Positions 51,032 to 64,000 of a stretch of 64,000 nucleotides of DNA are shown here, piece after piece (positions within the stretch are counted from its first letter, which is position 1; each line of letters starts with the position of its first letter). Source of the stretch: Octopus sinensis (taxonomy: Eukaryota); contig NC_042997.1 of the NCBI RefSeq assembly GCF_006345805.1, positions 182,714,001 to 182,778,000 on the forward strand. The letters are read 5' to 3'. The notes beneath the pieces were generated by a model that saw nothing but the letters and a program-made list of their open reading frames with translations, was not told the DNA's origin and did not search any database. Position numbers and translations under genes: made by a program.

Positions 51032-51399
51032 TAACTGATGATAGTTCTATGTAAGTGAAAGGCGCGTAGGATGATATAACTAAATATTTATAAACACAGA
51101 CTCTTGTTTTGTTTTGCTTTCTATATGTACTCTGTCACATACCCAACTGCAGATTCTAACCAAATCATACGGTTTCCTTTCAGAAATACAGGAATACACA
51201 CGGTGTCCTAAATGTTGGTTATATTTCGTACAATTTAAACTTTAAATCGAACTGTATATATATATTATCAAATGTAAATACTTTCCTATTGCCATACCTT
51301 TCTTACACTGCAAATATTTCCTATTACACTTCCTGTCCCAACCAAATAATCTATCAACTTCTTTCTTTAATTCCACTGGAAATTACATACTCTACTCTT

Positions 51400-51640
51400 T
51401 TACTCTTAATTGTTTCAGTCATTTGACTGCGGTCAAGCTGGAGCACCGCCTTTAGTCGAGTAAATCGCCCCCCAGGACATATTCTTTGTAAGCCTAGTAC
51501 TTATTCTATCGGTCTCTTCTGCCGAACCGCTAAGTTACGGGGACTTAATCACACCAGCATCGGTTGTCAAACGATGTTGGAGGGACAAACACAGACACAC
51601 AAACATATACACACACATACATACATACATACCTAGATTA
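51400..51640 (-). mobile_element. SINE family C 3' half (its 5' half lies at ~56902-56997)
   Basis: Matches the 3' part of 23975-24365; the missing head is found 5.3 kb away beyond the nested insertions. Confidence 0.7.
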
Positions 51641-51662
51641 TATATATATATATATATATATA

Positions 51663-51717
<55 letters not shown>

Positions 51718-52033
51718 GATTAACTGTTGAAGTGGACGGACGTCTATTTGTTTCTCTCCCAAGTCAGTAGCAAGCTACACAGCTTCAAAACTAACTGACC
51801 TTAAATATATATATATTTGTAACCACGTGTTTGCCTACAAACCCGTAAGTACGTTTTCATTTAACTACAAATTGTTATATACAACTGTTTTTCTTTTAAT
51901 ATCCTCAAACAACCAAATAATCAAAAACTCACACCCTTAAGAGAGAACATTTATATATAATACACTTCTTTAACTCCCAAGAAAGAATATATATTTTCAA
52001 AAATCAAAAGGAAAACAAACAAAAGAAAAAAAC

Positions 52034-52971
52034 ATGACTAACTTGCAGGCCTGCAACAGACGAAATTGGTCTGATAACGAAATTGATGTTTTAATAAACA
52101 CATGGCTCTCTCTTTCCCAAACAGAAAATCTAAATGTCTTGTGTTTGAATGAGATTGCCGAAAAAACATCACAAGTGGTCAACACACGATCCGTCAAACA
52201 GATTCGTAGCAAGTTGAAACGTATCGAAGTATGTTTCAAACTGATAAGAGGCCATTATGAAAAGCTTCTACATATTTTCACAGTTCAAGAACAACAACAG
52301 CTAGAAAATCAGCAGCCACAACAACAACAACAACAGAATGAGCCACTCCTGGTTCCCAGCACAATGGCTGACCCTGACATCGGTCAGGCACAACAACAAC
52401 AACAACAGCCACTCCTCAACTCTAGCTTACTAGACGATTCACTAAATGTCAGTATCTTTTCACCGCTCTCACAGCAACCACCACAATTATCATCATCATC
52501 ATCACCACCGCTGCCACCATCGTCTTCTATCACCAAAAATACCGACAGAAAACCAATAAGAAACCACTGCCCTCCTCTTCCCCCACATCACCACCTCAAT
52601 ACTACTGCAGTAGTAACAAAAACTTAAAGAAACATAGGAAGCAGAATGCGCCCCCCACGGCACAAACAAGAAATCCCCAAATATGCCGCTATTCACTGCG
52701 CCAGAGACTCTGCACAAATAGTGACTGCATCTTCACGCATCTACCCGGCACTAGACGCACTACCGGCCAAGGCCAAAGCACGCATCCCACAATAACATCA
52801 ACACCACCAAATAGTAAATCGAAATTCAAAACACACACAACTCGGAGTCCCAAAATCTGCCGGTATTCCCAACGTGAGAGAACATGTCTACTGAGTGACT
52901 GTCCCTTCACTCATCTTCCAGGGACCCGACGCACAAACAGAAACGGGGCCTCAAGCCAACACACAAACTGA
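52034..52971 (+). CDS. LINE ORF1 (one frameshift near 52620): Myb/SANT-like N-terminus, polyQ, two CCCH zinc fingers
   Basis: NWSDNEIDVLINTW..RSVKQIRSKLK; C-x8-C-x4-C-x3-H at 52684-52740 and 52858-52914. Confidence 0.7.
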
Positions 52972-53211
52972 ATAACAATAAAAATAGAAACACACCATGC
53001 TGCAGTAATGCTGGTCCAGTCTTTTCAGGAAGACACAAAAACAACAACAACAAAAGTGGAAACTACAACCCTATCCAACAGTGCAACCACACCTCCACCA
53101 AAAACTGCTCCCTAAGCAGGAAAATTCTTTTTTAGCCATGTTGAACATGGCAAAAGAGATACACAAAAACATTCTAGCCATCACTCAACACCATCCTATG
53201 CTATTACCCCA

Positions 53212-56200
53212 GTGCACCAATTCCCCACATTGCTGCCACTAACACACACAAAAAATCCAAGCCCCCTGCAACAGTCAAAACCAGCCACTACACTAACCTC
53301 CACATTCCTACTCAATGCACAAGGTGTCAGCCCTTCCATCAATGCACAAAAATGGAAGGTCCAATTCATTGAAGACTGGGTTGGTAACCATTCACACCAC
53401 ATCCCTTTCTTCATTCTCACTGAGACCTACCTTGACAACTCCCACTTGGAAGCCGAAGTGAGAGTGAAGAATTTCACAACCATCCGCGCGGATCGTATCG
53501 GCAGGAGGAAGGGTGGAACTGCCATTTTCCTGCATGATTCATTTACGGCAGATGGAAATAGTATATTCTCCAACGGCTACTGTGAATCAGTCACCGTGCA
53601 CAACAAAGCCAATGACCTGACAGTAATTGGGCTCTATAGGCCGCCCCAAACACCCATACTGTGCTTTAAAGAATGCCTCAACAGCATTAAGTGCTTTATT
53701 CAACAGTGCCATTCTAGCAACATACTCATGATGGGAGACTTCAATCTACCCTGTGTTGACTGGACTACAAACTGTTTGAAACCAAGCACTCCCGCCTCAA
53801 CCGCTGACAAAGAAGCAGCAGAGTCACTTTTCGACTTTACGAATGAGTTTTTCTTGTCCCAACTTGTCCTTGCACCAACAAGACATCAGAACATTTTGGA
53901 CCTAGTGTTTAGTAACCACACTAACACTATACATAACGTTACAGTGGAAAAACCCTTCTTTCAGACCATGACATGGTTCTCTGTAACATGAAATTCCACC
54001 AGCCGAAAGCTAATCCTAGTGACCTTCCTCCAGCCCACCCATTTGACAACATGGATCTCCATAAAGCCAACTGGGATGCAATCAGGAACGAGCTATCAAA
54101 TGTTGACTGGTCCTTTACACATACACACATCTCCACCAACCATAAAACATCTTGGCAGATCTTTGTAGACACCGTCACAGACATATGTGCAAAACACTCC
54201 CCACCAAGACCTGTGAACAAAAAGTGCAGAATCCCCCAAAACAGAAAAACCATTATCAGAAAAATAAAGAACAAACAAAAAATTAACAAACTAAAGTACT
54301 GCCAACAGCAACACACACATTCGACGGCTATCGCACTGCTTGAATCCAAAAAATATAACCTCCAACAATGCATGAAGACCCTCATCAATAACCAAAGATC
54401 AGCTGAGGAGAAGTGGGCCATTGAAAAAATCAAACTCAACCCCAAAGTGTTCTTTTCATTTGCGAGGAAACGCAGGGTCACTGTCTCCACTGTAGGCCCT
54501 CTAATTGACGAAACTGGCACTCTCCAAGATAATGCCAAATCCATGGCCGAGATACTGCAGAAACAATACTGCTCTGTTTTCAGCAATCCTGATATGGCCG
54601 ATCTGGGCTGTATCAGTGATGTCAACCCCAACACACTATATCGGACATAACGTTTAGTGCCCCTGATGTCTTAGCGGCGATAAACGAAATAAAACACAAT
54701 TCAGCAGTAGGCCCCGATAGGTTCCCTGCTTGTGTCCTGAAGGTGTGTCGACACCAACTTGCATCTCCCCTTGCTAATCTGTGGAGAAACTCACTGGATG
54801 CTGGCTATATTCCAAAAACCTTCTGTCCCAGTCTGTTGTCCCAGTTTTCAAAAAGGGAAACAAGTCCCTTGCAGTGAATTACCGTCCGATCTCACTCACC
54901 TCTCATATCATCAAGGTATTTGAGAGGGTGGTGAGATCTCGAATAACCCAATTTCTGGAAAGCAACAGACGGCTGATCTCCAACCAACATGGGTTCCGTA
55001 ATGGAAGGGACTGCCTAACGCAGCTCCTGCATCACTTTGAGGACATTTTGAGAGCTTTGGGAGAGGGCTCCAACACCGATGTCATCTACCTTGATTTCAG
55101 TAAGGCCTTCGACAGGGTCGATCACAAGATCCTATTGAAAAAACTATCCAACATTGGTGTCTCTGGAAAGTTACTGAAATGGATTAAGTGTTTCCTGACA
55201 GACAGATCTCAACATGTTGTAGTTGAAGGGGTAAAATCAAGCCCAGCCAAAGTCAGTAGTGGCGTTCCGCAAGGCACTGTGCTGGGCCCACTTCTTTTCA
55301 TCATTTACATTAATGACATTAATGACATCATCAAGCACAGCAACATAAAAATCTTTGCAGATGACTCCAAGCTACAGAAGGTCATAAATGAGGCGAGTGA
55401 CCGGACATGCCTTCAGTCAGATCTACTGGCTGTTATCCAATGGGCAGAAAAAAACAATATATGCTGCTGAACGAGGATAAATTTGAGCTAATCCACTTTG
55501 GAAAAGAGGATGCCCTGAAACTCCCATACTCCCTTCCTTCAGGTGAAACTCTCGGGCGTCCAACAACATCAGAGACTTGGGAGTAATTGTGGACAACAAC
55601 GTAAGCTGGGCCACTCATATAAACACCAAAGTTGACATGGCCCGCAGAATGTGTTCCTGGATTCTCAGAACTTTCCAGTCGAGAGATATCCACACCATTC
55701 CTTCTCTTCTCCACTTTTGCCCGACCCCACCTTGAATACTGTTGTCCACTGTGGTCTCCCCACACAATACAAGGTATCATAAAAGTTGAAGCACCTCAAA
55801 GGGCAATCACAAAAAAGATAGATGGCATGACAGGCCTCGACTATTGGGGTCGGCTAGAAAAGCTAAAACTCTATTCTCTCCAACGTCGTCGTGAGCGCTA
55901 CATCATCTGCATGATGTGGAAATATTCATCAGCATTGCCCCAAATGATGTGGCATCACCTTTAAGGTACATCCAAGGCTTGGCCCCGTGCCATCCGCCCA
56001 AAACAAAAATCGCACTCTCATCTCATAAAACAATACGGCACAATTATTTCACCTCAATTGGCCCCCGCTCTCTTTAACATTACACCAAAACACATTAAAA
56101 CAGAAATGACCCTATAGGGTTCAAGAAGTCTTTGGACAGATTCCTTCAAGAAATCCCGGATAAACCCCCTACACCCGGATATGTCTCTGTAAACAATAAC

Positions 56201-56236
56201 TCTCTACTTGAGTGGGCCATAGTGCCCAAATTCTGA
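53212..56236 (+). CDS. LINE ORF2, APE endonuclease + reverse transcriptase, broken by several frameshifts
   Basis: ILTETYL, GLYRPP, MGDFNLP, NILDLVF, NYRPISLTS, QHGFR, YLDFSKAFDRVDH, GVPQGTVLGPLLF, FADDSKL, RPHLEYC in track ORFs 53212..55964; true start not determined. Confidence 0.88.
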
Positions 56237-56333
56237 CTTGAAAGACTTCACCAGGTGGTGCTATTAAGTTAGACATGGCCTGGGCCAATAATGGCCGAAA
56301 CCTATCAAAGTATATATATATAATATATATAAT

Positions 56334-56392
<59 letters not shown>

Positions 56393-56446
56393 CGTTTATA
56401 TATGTTGTGCAAGATTCTATGTGAAGTCGTGTGTTGAAACAGATAT

Positions 56447-56814
56447 GTTATATTTCGGAATGGTCATTTTGCCAGTTTAGCCAATAAAAACACACGCACT
56501 ATATATTTGGTGTTATTTTGCTTCAGTGTTATTTATTTTTTACATTAAATCTTATCTTATTTCGGCCAGAGTTCTTTCGTCACACTCCTGTAACCGCATC
56601 AGTGGTCTTTTGTTTTCTTTTCTTAAGGAGAGACACAAATAAGAAAGAAGAACAAAGGACCCTGATGCGGTCACAGGAGTGTGACGAAAGAACTCTTGGC
56701 CGAAATAAGATTAAGATTAAGTAAAAAATAAATAACACTGAAGCAAAATAACACCAAATATATAGTGCGTGTTTTTATGGTCTAACTGGCAAAATGACCA
56801 TTCCGAAAGATAAC
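56447..56814. mobile_element. Fold-back element (~175-bp arms, ~16-nt loop) between (TA)n tracts
   Basis: 56447-56624 pairs with 56641-56814 with few mismatches. Confidence 0.85.
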
Positions 56815-56829
56815 AATATATATATATAT

Positions 56830-56897
<68 letters not shown>

Positions 56898-56901
56898 CCA
56901 T

Positions 56902-56997
56902 ATACGACGGGCTTCTACCAATCCACTCACAAGGCTTTGTCAGCCCGGAATCATGTGGTGGTAAGCAACCTATTTACCACACAACCCACTCCTGCGC
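56902..56997 (-). mobile_element. SINE family C 5' half with internal deletion
   Basis: ACGACGGGCTTCT..ATCCACTCACAAGGCTTT..TTACCACACAACCCACTCCTGC, reverse complement of the 63621 copy. Confidence 0.7.
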
Positions 56998-57186
56998 CAT
57001 GAAAAAGCCTTAGTCAGAAACGTCAACATTTTCCATATCTCACAGGCTGACGCACAACAAATTCTCAAGGATTTACAATTATTATTGTTGCTGACATAAA
57101 ACCCTCGCAAATTTCGACTGATTCTGGATTTTTCCCCAAACTCAATCATAATTTGATTCAGGCAATATGGGATAAGTAGTGTATAT

Positions 57187-57229
<43 letters not shown>

Positions 57230-60200
57230 TTGGGTTTGGGTTTGGGTTTTATGGTGTGCATGTGCACATGCGCACAGAATCAAGTTGCAAGGTACGCTGA
57301 TCCACCTCCCTGAAAAACCGAGCTTTTGTGCCTATGTTACATCATCTGATTCTCATCAAAGATTGATGGAAGTTTTTTTTTCGCATTTGGGAGGAATGCG
57401 AAAAATTTCTCTGACGAATTTTAAAGTACCAACATCAAAAGAAACTGATGCAAATAATAAATAAATAAATAAACAAATAAACAAAAGCAATTAAAACTGC
57501 AAGGAAAAGGATCAAATACCTTCATCTGCAATATTACAATGATTTTAGGTGAACGGACTCCCAGAAATAACACCAGCAATAACAACTGTAACAAATTCAT
57601 GGTCGGGTTATTGCGACTACACCAGCTAACCCACCAACCCTGCTTGGTGCGAGAACACTCTACGGAATGAAAAAATATCTGTCAAAAGGTGAATTAACTC
57701 AGGAGAGTCCACGGTCATCTAATATTATGCATATATATCTGTTTAAGATGCATGTAAAAATTGGATTTTCGGTAGATTGTGCAGAGAAGAGCGAATGGTA
57801 AAATTTCAACAAGCAAAAAGGCGATGTTCGGCAATGCCGCTGTGTGATATGAACCTCAGAGCACAGTAAGACACATGAAATGCACTGGTCAACTTACTAC
57901 ATCTCTGATACATCCTCTGTCATCTCGGCCATGCATTCCATTGAATCAAGAATTCAAGGAAGGATGAAGTTAATTCTCCAGCGCAACACAATTGTCACAA
58001 TAATCCAAATCTTGCGCATGTCAAGATTTTCCAAACTAAGTCAAAACTCAAACTTTTTCAAACCACAAACAGATCGCAGACCTTTTGTTGCAATAGTTAG
58101 GGATTCACGCGCGTCTGCGACAATAAAATATTGCCATTTCTGAGGTTGCTTCGCTTGTGAGGGCACACGAAAGATATAGCAAAGGCAAGAGTAGTCACGA
58201 ATCTGCAGTCGCTAGTGCGGTTCCCGACTCCATTATTGATTAAGAAGGGCTGTGTCTTGGTCATCTTCGAAAACGATTGACAGATCGATAACAAATACAT
58301 AATCAAGCATATATTTTTGCCTTCGTTCCTTCCTCTTCATATATTGAAGTCGATTTGACAGAAAATATGGCTAATCCAGAAATTGGCGTACTAAAAAGCC
58401 ATAGAAAAATAGTTGTGGGAAGTCGGCGGATCTATCAAAAGAACAAATTCGATGACAACATAGCCAATAACAACACAAAATACTCTTCAGTTTCACAGCT
58501 ATTTATAAGATAAACAAAAAAACAAAAAAGAGGTGGGAAATAAAACAAAACAGTTATGTAAGTAGATTAAATAGAAGTTGTCTTCAAGAAGACAGCAATG
58601 AACAGACTTCTGGTGAGAGTAGCACCAGAGTTCTATAAAGCATTAAGATGTGCTTCCAACGAGATATGAAAGTTTTCACGGACGTCCAGAAACAGTGGCT
58701 TTTACAGGAGTACTTCAGAGATCCTTCGGTTAAGTATTCATTAAACCCACTCCCCGTTCATTTTTTGTCAACTACAATTATCACTTTATTAAGGGCTGAT
58801 TGTGTAAAATACACGTGACATGTGAAGTGTCTGGAAGCAGAATCACAAGCTCAACGGTCCATTGATATAGATATGATAACAGTTATAAAAGTATAAAAGA
58901 CTCTTAAACTTGATCAGACAGTTCCATCTGTCCGACAGGTATCGAATAGATTTCTTGTTTGCATCAATGTAGACTTAGATAAATTACAGCAGATTATCCG
59001 GGTCGTATTTAGAAAAAAATATTGATTAGGCTAGTGGATTTGGTAGTAAGCAGACACGAGTAAATCCTTTTTAGCAGTATCTATCGAGAGTATCTATCGA
59101 GGACAGACTTTACGCAATGCGAAAATTGTAGACAGGGTTGGGTGTAGACAGATTTTGATCGGGCTAACTTAGATCTCTCAAAACCATTTGTCAATGTTCA
59201 ACACCGTTACGTGAATACTGTTCTAAACGCGATCTTCGATTTCGCTTTCAGAGAATGGATCTATGTATTACATAACGGCATCTACTTAATAGTTAGAGTA
59301 AATGGCCATCTATTAGAACATTTCAATAACATGCGCTCTATCTGTCAAAGGTTGGGAGGAGAAAACCGCGATGTGTCTTGTTGAAAGCTGGCTGTGACAC
59401 ATTGTGAGTAACCGAAATCATTTCTTGCCCGAAGTGGTCTGCCTAGTGAGTTAGGGGCCAGACTGTTTTTATAGAGTAGACTAGCTTAAGGTGTCCCGCT
59501 CTACGCGCGGGTGAGGGTGTGGTTGTTACTTTCTGTTGCTTCCTTACTTGTTTCTTATGGCCACATTCTCCCTCTTTGTTTCTCTCCCCTTTCTCTCTCA
59601 CGTTCCCACTCTCTTACTCTTCCTTTCTCTCGGACTCTCCCAAGCTTTCTCTTATTCTCTATCTTTCTCTATCTCTCTCTCTCCCATGTATAAAAGACAA
59701 AAGATCTTGAGTAAGTTAAGAAGGAAAATATTTTGAAAGATTAATCATAAATATCAGGCAGTGACAACGGAAAGCACACTTGCCTTTTGTACGTGCCACT
59801 ATTTGAGCGATTAAAAATAAGGAAAAAAAGGATTTCTTTGTTAAATTTAGTACTTATTTTGGGAATTTTTCGACGATTGACGATGCAAAAGAAAGTTCTT
59901 AACACGGGCTGCATGCAGCTGTAAATTTCATTCAGAAAAAATGAAAACTGTAAACAATAAAAAATAAAAGGTAAAAATGACAAATTTTTTTCAACTTCAA
60001 AAATCTTGCCTGAATTTTCAAAATTTGGAACCCATTTTCCGCGCTTGAATTACAAATCCGCTTCCACTTTACCATGTTGAAAATTTGATTGAAATCGGGC
60101 AAAAGGTGTCCAATCTAGACCCCCAAGTGTCCCCCCTCCCAAAACAATAAAATCCCCGTTTTCACACCAAAGCAAACACTGTAGCGCCCCAAAACGTCTC

Positions 60201-60542
60201 CCAATCAATTTCTCACCTCAAATTTTAATCCCCTTCCAGCCACATTTAGACCCCTTTTACATAAAAATCCAATTTGCATCAACGTTCGCCTTCTTAATTT
60301 TATAGATTAGATTAGATGCCAATCGCGCCAATCTGGAAGGGGTTAGAGCCCCCTTGAATCGATAAAAAAATCACTCTTCTCACCATAGCAACCGCATCTT
60401 TCCAGATGGCGAGTTTTAACCTACTCAACACTCTGCCTCATCACGCCTTCTATGGCTGTATCAATTTTCAGCTCGATCCGACCACTGGTCTAGCCGCCAA
60501 CCTCTGCCGTAGCAAAATGTGTACACAATTTTGACCCAAAGC

Positions 60543-60606
<64 letters not shown>

Positions 60607-60609
<3 letters not shown>

Positions 60610-61096
60610 CAGAGAAACCCGGTCTTGCTCGGGATTAAAATAGTTTATCATTGTTTTATTTGTTTCGGTATATTATAACCCGATTTAATTCGGGTCTACG
60701 CGGGCCACACTTTAAAAGTTGAGGAATTTTGCCATAGAGGCCACACCTTTCAACTCAAAGTTGCCATGCAAACTCGCCAGAACTTTTAACAGGTGTGCAA
60801 ATTTTCAGCTCAATCCGACCATATTTACTAACACTTTTGCCTGTATAACTGCTTGTGAGACAACGTCCGCTCTTTTCACAAATATGTAATAGACTTATAG
60901 AGATACCCAGCCTTGCTTAGGATTAAAATGGCATAGTTTTTCATTGTTTTACTTGTTCGGTTAATATAAACCGATTTCATTCGGGTCTACTCGGGCCACA
61001 TTTTAAAAGATAAGGGATTTTGTCCTAGAGGTCACGCTTTTCATTTGAGGAAAAAAATAGTTGCCATGCAAACACGCCAGCACTTGTAACACAGGC
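60607..61096 (-). mobile_element. Two tandem, diverged non-autonomous Helitron-like units
   Basis: TAGCAGAGAAACCCGGTCTTGCTCGGG resembles the 3' end/hairpin of 50664; second related unit starts ~60899. Confidence 0.5.
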
Positions 61097-61503
61097 GTAC
61101 GAATACCACCTGCCGTCGCTCAAACTCTTCGGAAAACCCGGGACCCTACCAAGTCGAGCGACGACGATTAACCGGCTCGATCGAACGGGGAAAGAGAAAA
61201 TTCGGTGGGGGAGAATGGCAGCGAACCCGGCAACCGCCGACCGGAGAGAACAACAACAACAACAACAACAACAACAGGAAGAGATACAGAGAGAGACGGC
61301 GGAAGGCAATTGGCTTACGTTTAACAACAGTTTATGACAATCATTACAATATCAGATACAATGTAAAATACATCAGATATATCAAAGGTCCTCCGAATAC
61401 ATAAACCTCCCCAGAAATTGACAGAACAAAAGATTTACCCGTCTGCTTGACGACAACTCACAAAAGTAGGTCGTAGCACTCAGTTTCTCAACTGACCCCA
61501 TAT

Positions 61504-61557
<54 letters not shown>

Positions 61558-61654
61558 TATATATGCATTAAATATATACATGTACATATATACGCATTTA
61601 CGCATTATATATATATATGTACGCATATATACAAATGTATAGAAATTATATATG

Positions 61655-61685
<31 letters not shown>

Positions 61686-61689
61686 TATA

Positions 61690-62641
61690 TAATTAATCAA
61701 TATAGGGTGCCAAAAAAAATTTTGTAGAATTTTTTTGCCACCAGCGGCCTAGTGGAAAAAATTAAATAGTCATAGACCATAGACCATTTTTAAGTTCAAC
61801 ATCAACAATCAAGGAACGGCCATAATAGGCCATTCACCCACTAGAAATAACAGCCAAAGCTTCAACCGCAAATAAAAATCAATTCCGTAAACAGGAGAAA
61901 ATTTTAAAAACATTTACCCTGTAATTTCTTATACGATGCACCGTTTCATCTGCTGTTTAATGGTAAACTAACCTGATTAAATTAAATCAGGCCAATCTTC
62001 CATAGGCCCTCAGATTCTTCAGTAAGAAATAGCCACAAGTCGGAACAGATATTTTCACGAGGCATTTCCGACCCTGCCAAGGTAATATCTGACCTAAAAT
62101 TTTCAAATCATCGCACTCGCGCCAAATTTATCGGCAGCAAATAAATATAAGCCGTCGATTCCATTACGGAATTAACCAGAAAATTCATAATTAATCAATA
62201 TAGGGTGGCAAAAAAAAATTTTGTAGAATTTTTTTGCCACCAGCGGCCTAGTGGAAAAAATTAAATAGTCATAGACCATTTTTAAGTTCAACATCAACAA
62301 TCAAGGAACGGCCATAATAGGCCATTCACCCACTAGAAATAACAGCCAAAGCTTCAACCGCAAATAAAAATCAATTCCGTAACAGGAGAAAATTTTAAAA
62401 AACATTTACCCTGTAATTTCTTATACGATGCACCGTTTCATCTGCTGTTTAATGGTAAACTAACCTGATTAAATTAAATCAGGCCAATCTTCCATAGGCC
62501 CTCAGATTCTTCAGTAAGAAATAGCCACAAGTCGGAACAGATATTTTCACGAGGCATTTCCGACCCTGCCAAGGTAATATCTGACCTATAATTTTCAAAT
62601 CGTCGCACTCGCGCCAAATTTATCGGCAGCAAATAAATATA
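61690..62641. repeat. Near-identical tandem duplication, period 498 bp, flanked by (TA)n
   Basis: 61690-62150 and 62188-62641 align almost perfectly. Confidence 0.92.
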
Positions 62642-62642
62642 G

Positions 62643-62726
<84 letters not shown>

Positions 62727-63620
62727 TACATATATACATACACACACACACACACAATATATAAATACAGATATATACACTTTGTATATATATACATATT
62801 TATATATAGATACACACACGCACATATAAATTAACCCAATATATATTTGATTCATAATATTTGTTCTCATGATTGTGTGATGGTGGTAGGCGATAATAAT
62901 TCACCGTTGTAAAAGGCCTGTGGCTAGAATATTCAAACTTTTTCGGCTGTTAACGCTTTCTCTCTATGAATGCAGACAGACGTACACAGAGAGAGAGAGG
63001 CGGTGGAAGAAAGAGTGACAGAGCCGGCGAAGGTGGCGGGGGAAAGAGAGTGGAAGCTGTCAAACGTCGTTATAGAGAGAAATTGGAGGGAAGGGAGGAA
63101 AGAGAGAGATCGAGGAAGAGATGGCGATATGCGAAAGAGAGAAACGACAAACACTTGTCAAAGTGTGGGTTTTGTTGCCCTAGTAGCCACAGCTTTTGAG
63201 ATAGGGGTTTGTAATCTAGTCCACTCACTTCCTCGCCTCTTTTTACATGTCCTTGTAAATTTTGGAGCCAATCCGACCCCATCTAGTGCTCCTTAACCCG
63301 TTCCTATCAGACAAACTTTTCGCATTTCAGCTTCATAGATATTGAAAGCGTTCAAAGTTTAGATCATCCGAGAAGCCATATTATGCCACAGCTTCACGCT
63401 GATTGCCCGATTTATCGATCAATCACGTGAAACTGTAGTGGTTTACTCGTGATTATTAACTATTTCACACTTGGGGGTCCGAATTCCTACAAATCATTAG
63501 AAAGACTTACGCATCCACAATGACAATTTTTATAAAATTTTCAAGTGAAATTTTCTTTTGCTCATATATTAAATTGGCTTAATCTTTTGGCTGGAATTAT
63601 TTAAAAAAAAGTACCTATAG

Positions 63621-63780
63621 GTGCAGGAGTGGCTGTGTGGTAAGTAGTCTGCTTACCAACCACATGGTTCCGGGTTCAGTCCCACTGTGTGGCACCTTGG
63701 GCAAGTGTCTTCTACTATAGCCTCGGACCGACCAAAGCCTTGAGAGTGGATTTGGTAGACGGAAACTGAAAAGAAGTCCG

Positions 63781-63782
<2 letters not shown>
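63621..63782 (+). mobile_element. Young SINE family C 5' half running into (TA)n
   Basis: GGCTGTGTGGTAAG (A box-like), GGTTCAGTCCC (B box-like), ACCTTGGGCAAGTGTCTT CORE-like block. Confidence 0.8.
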
Positions 63783-63826
<44 letters not shown>

Positions 63827-64000
63827 ATATATATATAATATATATATATATAATATATATATTATATATATATATTAATATATATATATATATATAATAT
63901 AATATATATATATATATATTATATATATATATAGTATATATATATATATGTATATATATAATATATATATATATATATATTATTATATATATATATAATA
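63783..64000. repeat. Long imperfect (TA)n microsatellite; other (TA)n tracts at ~33600, 38830, 47850, 49570, 51640, 56310, 56815, 60550, 61505, 62650
   Basis: Directly visible. Confidence 0.95.

Larger units (their letters stand above)
51715..56310 (+). mobile_element. Near full-length CR1-group LINE (~4.6 kb) flanked on both sides by (TA)n
   Basis: 5'UTR, ORF1, ORF2 with APE and RT, short 3' end with GGCCAATAATGGCC stem-loop running into (TA)n. Confidence 0.9.

Noticed and set aside
57500-59500. Possible second gene or transposase in complex CpG-normal sequence
   Set aside because: Only short ORFs with no recognisable motif and no consistent exon chain on either strand.
61085-61500. Solo LTR (TG...CA ends, GC-rich)
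   Set aside because: No TSD; the left TGTAAC aligns with the neighbouring Helitron-like unit, so the terminus is coincidental; left unclassified.

Overview
AT-rich animal genomic DNA, very probably from an octopus (inferred from the SINE families, dense (TA)n/(CA)n/(AAT)n microsatellites and base composition; not proven). The main feature is one minus-strand, 19-exon protein-coding gene (about 4,737-45,539) that the ORF track misses because the internal exons are only 69-126 nt. I rebuilt it by hand from GT-AG boundaries. It encodes a ~739-aa ankyrin-repeat protein ending in a CaaX prenylation box (CSIL), and all 18 introns are phase 0. I cannot assign a gene name. The rest is transposon-derived or repetitive: several tRNA-derived SINE families, RTE, R4/Dong and CR1-type LINEs (one ~4.6-kb CR1-like copy looks nearly intact and has an unusual Myb/SANT-like + 2xCCCH ORF1), piggyBac-type and Tc1/pogo-type MITEs, non-autonomous Helitrons, five long fold-back hairpins (one with minimal hammerhead-ribozyme motifs), a ~48-bp degenerate minisatellite below the gene, and a CpG-poor to CpG-normal switch near 43.7 kb. 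No CRISPR array or rRNA is present. TE boundaries are approximate unless TSDs are given, and TE family names come from motif recognition, not database searches.
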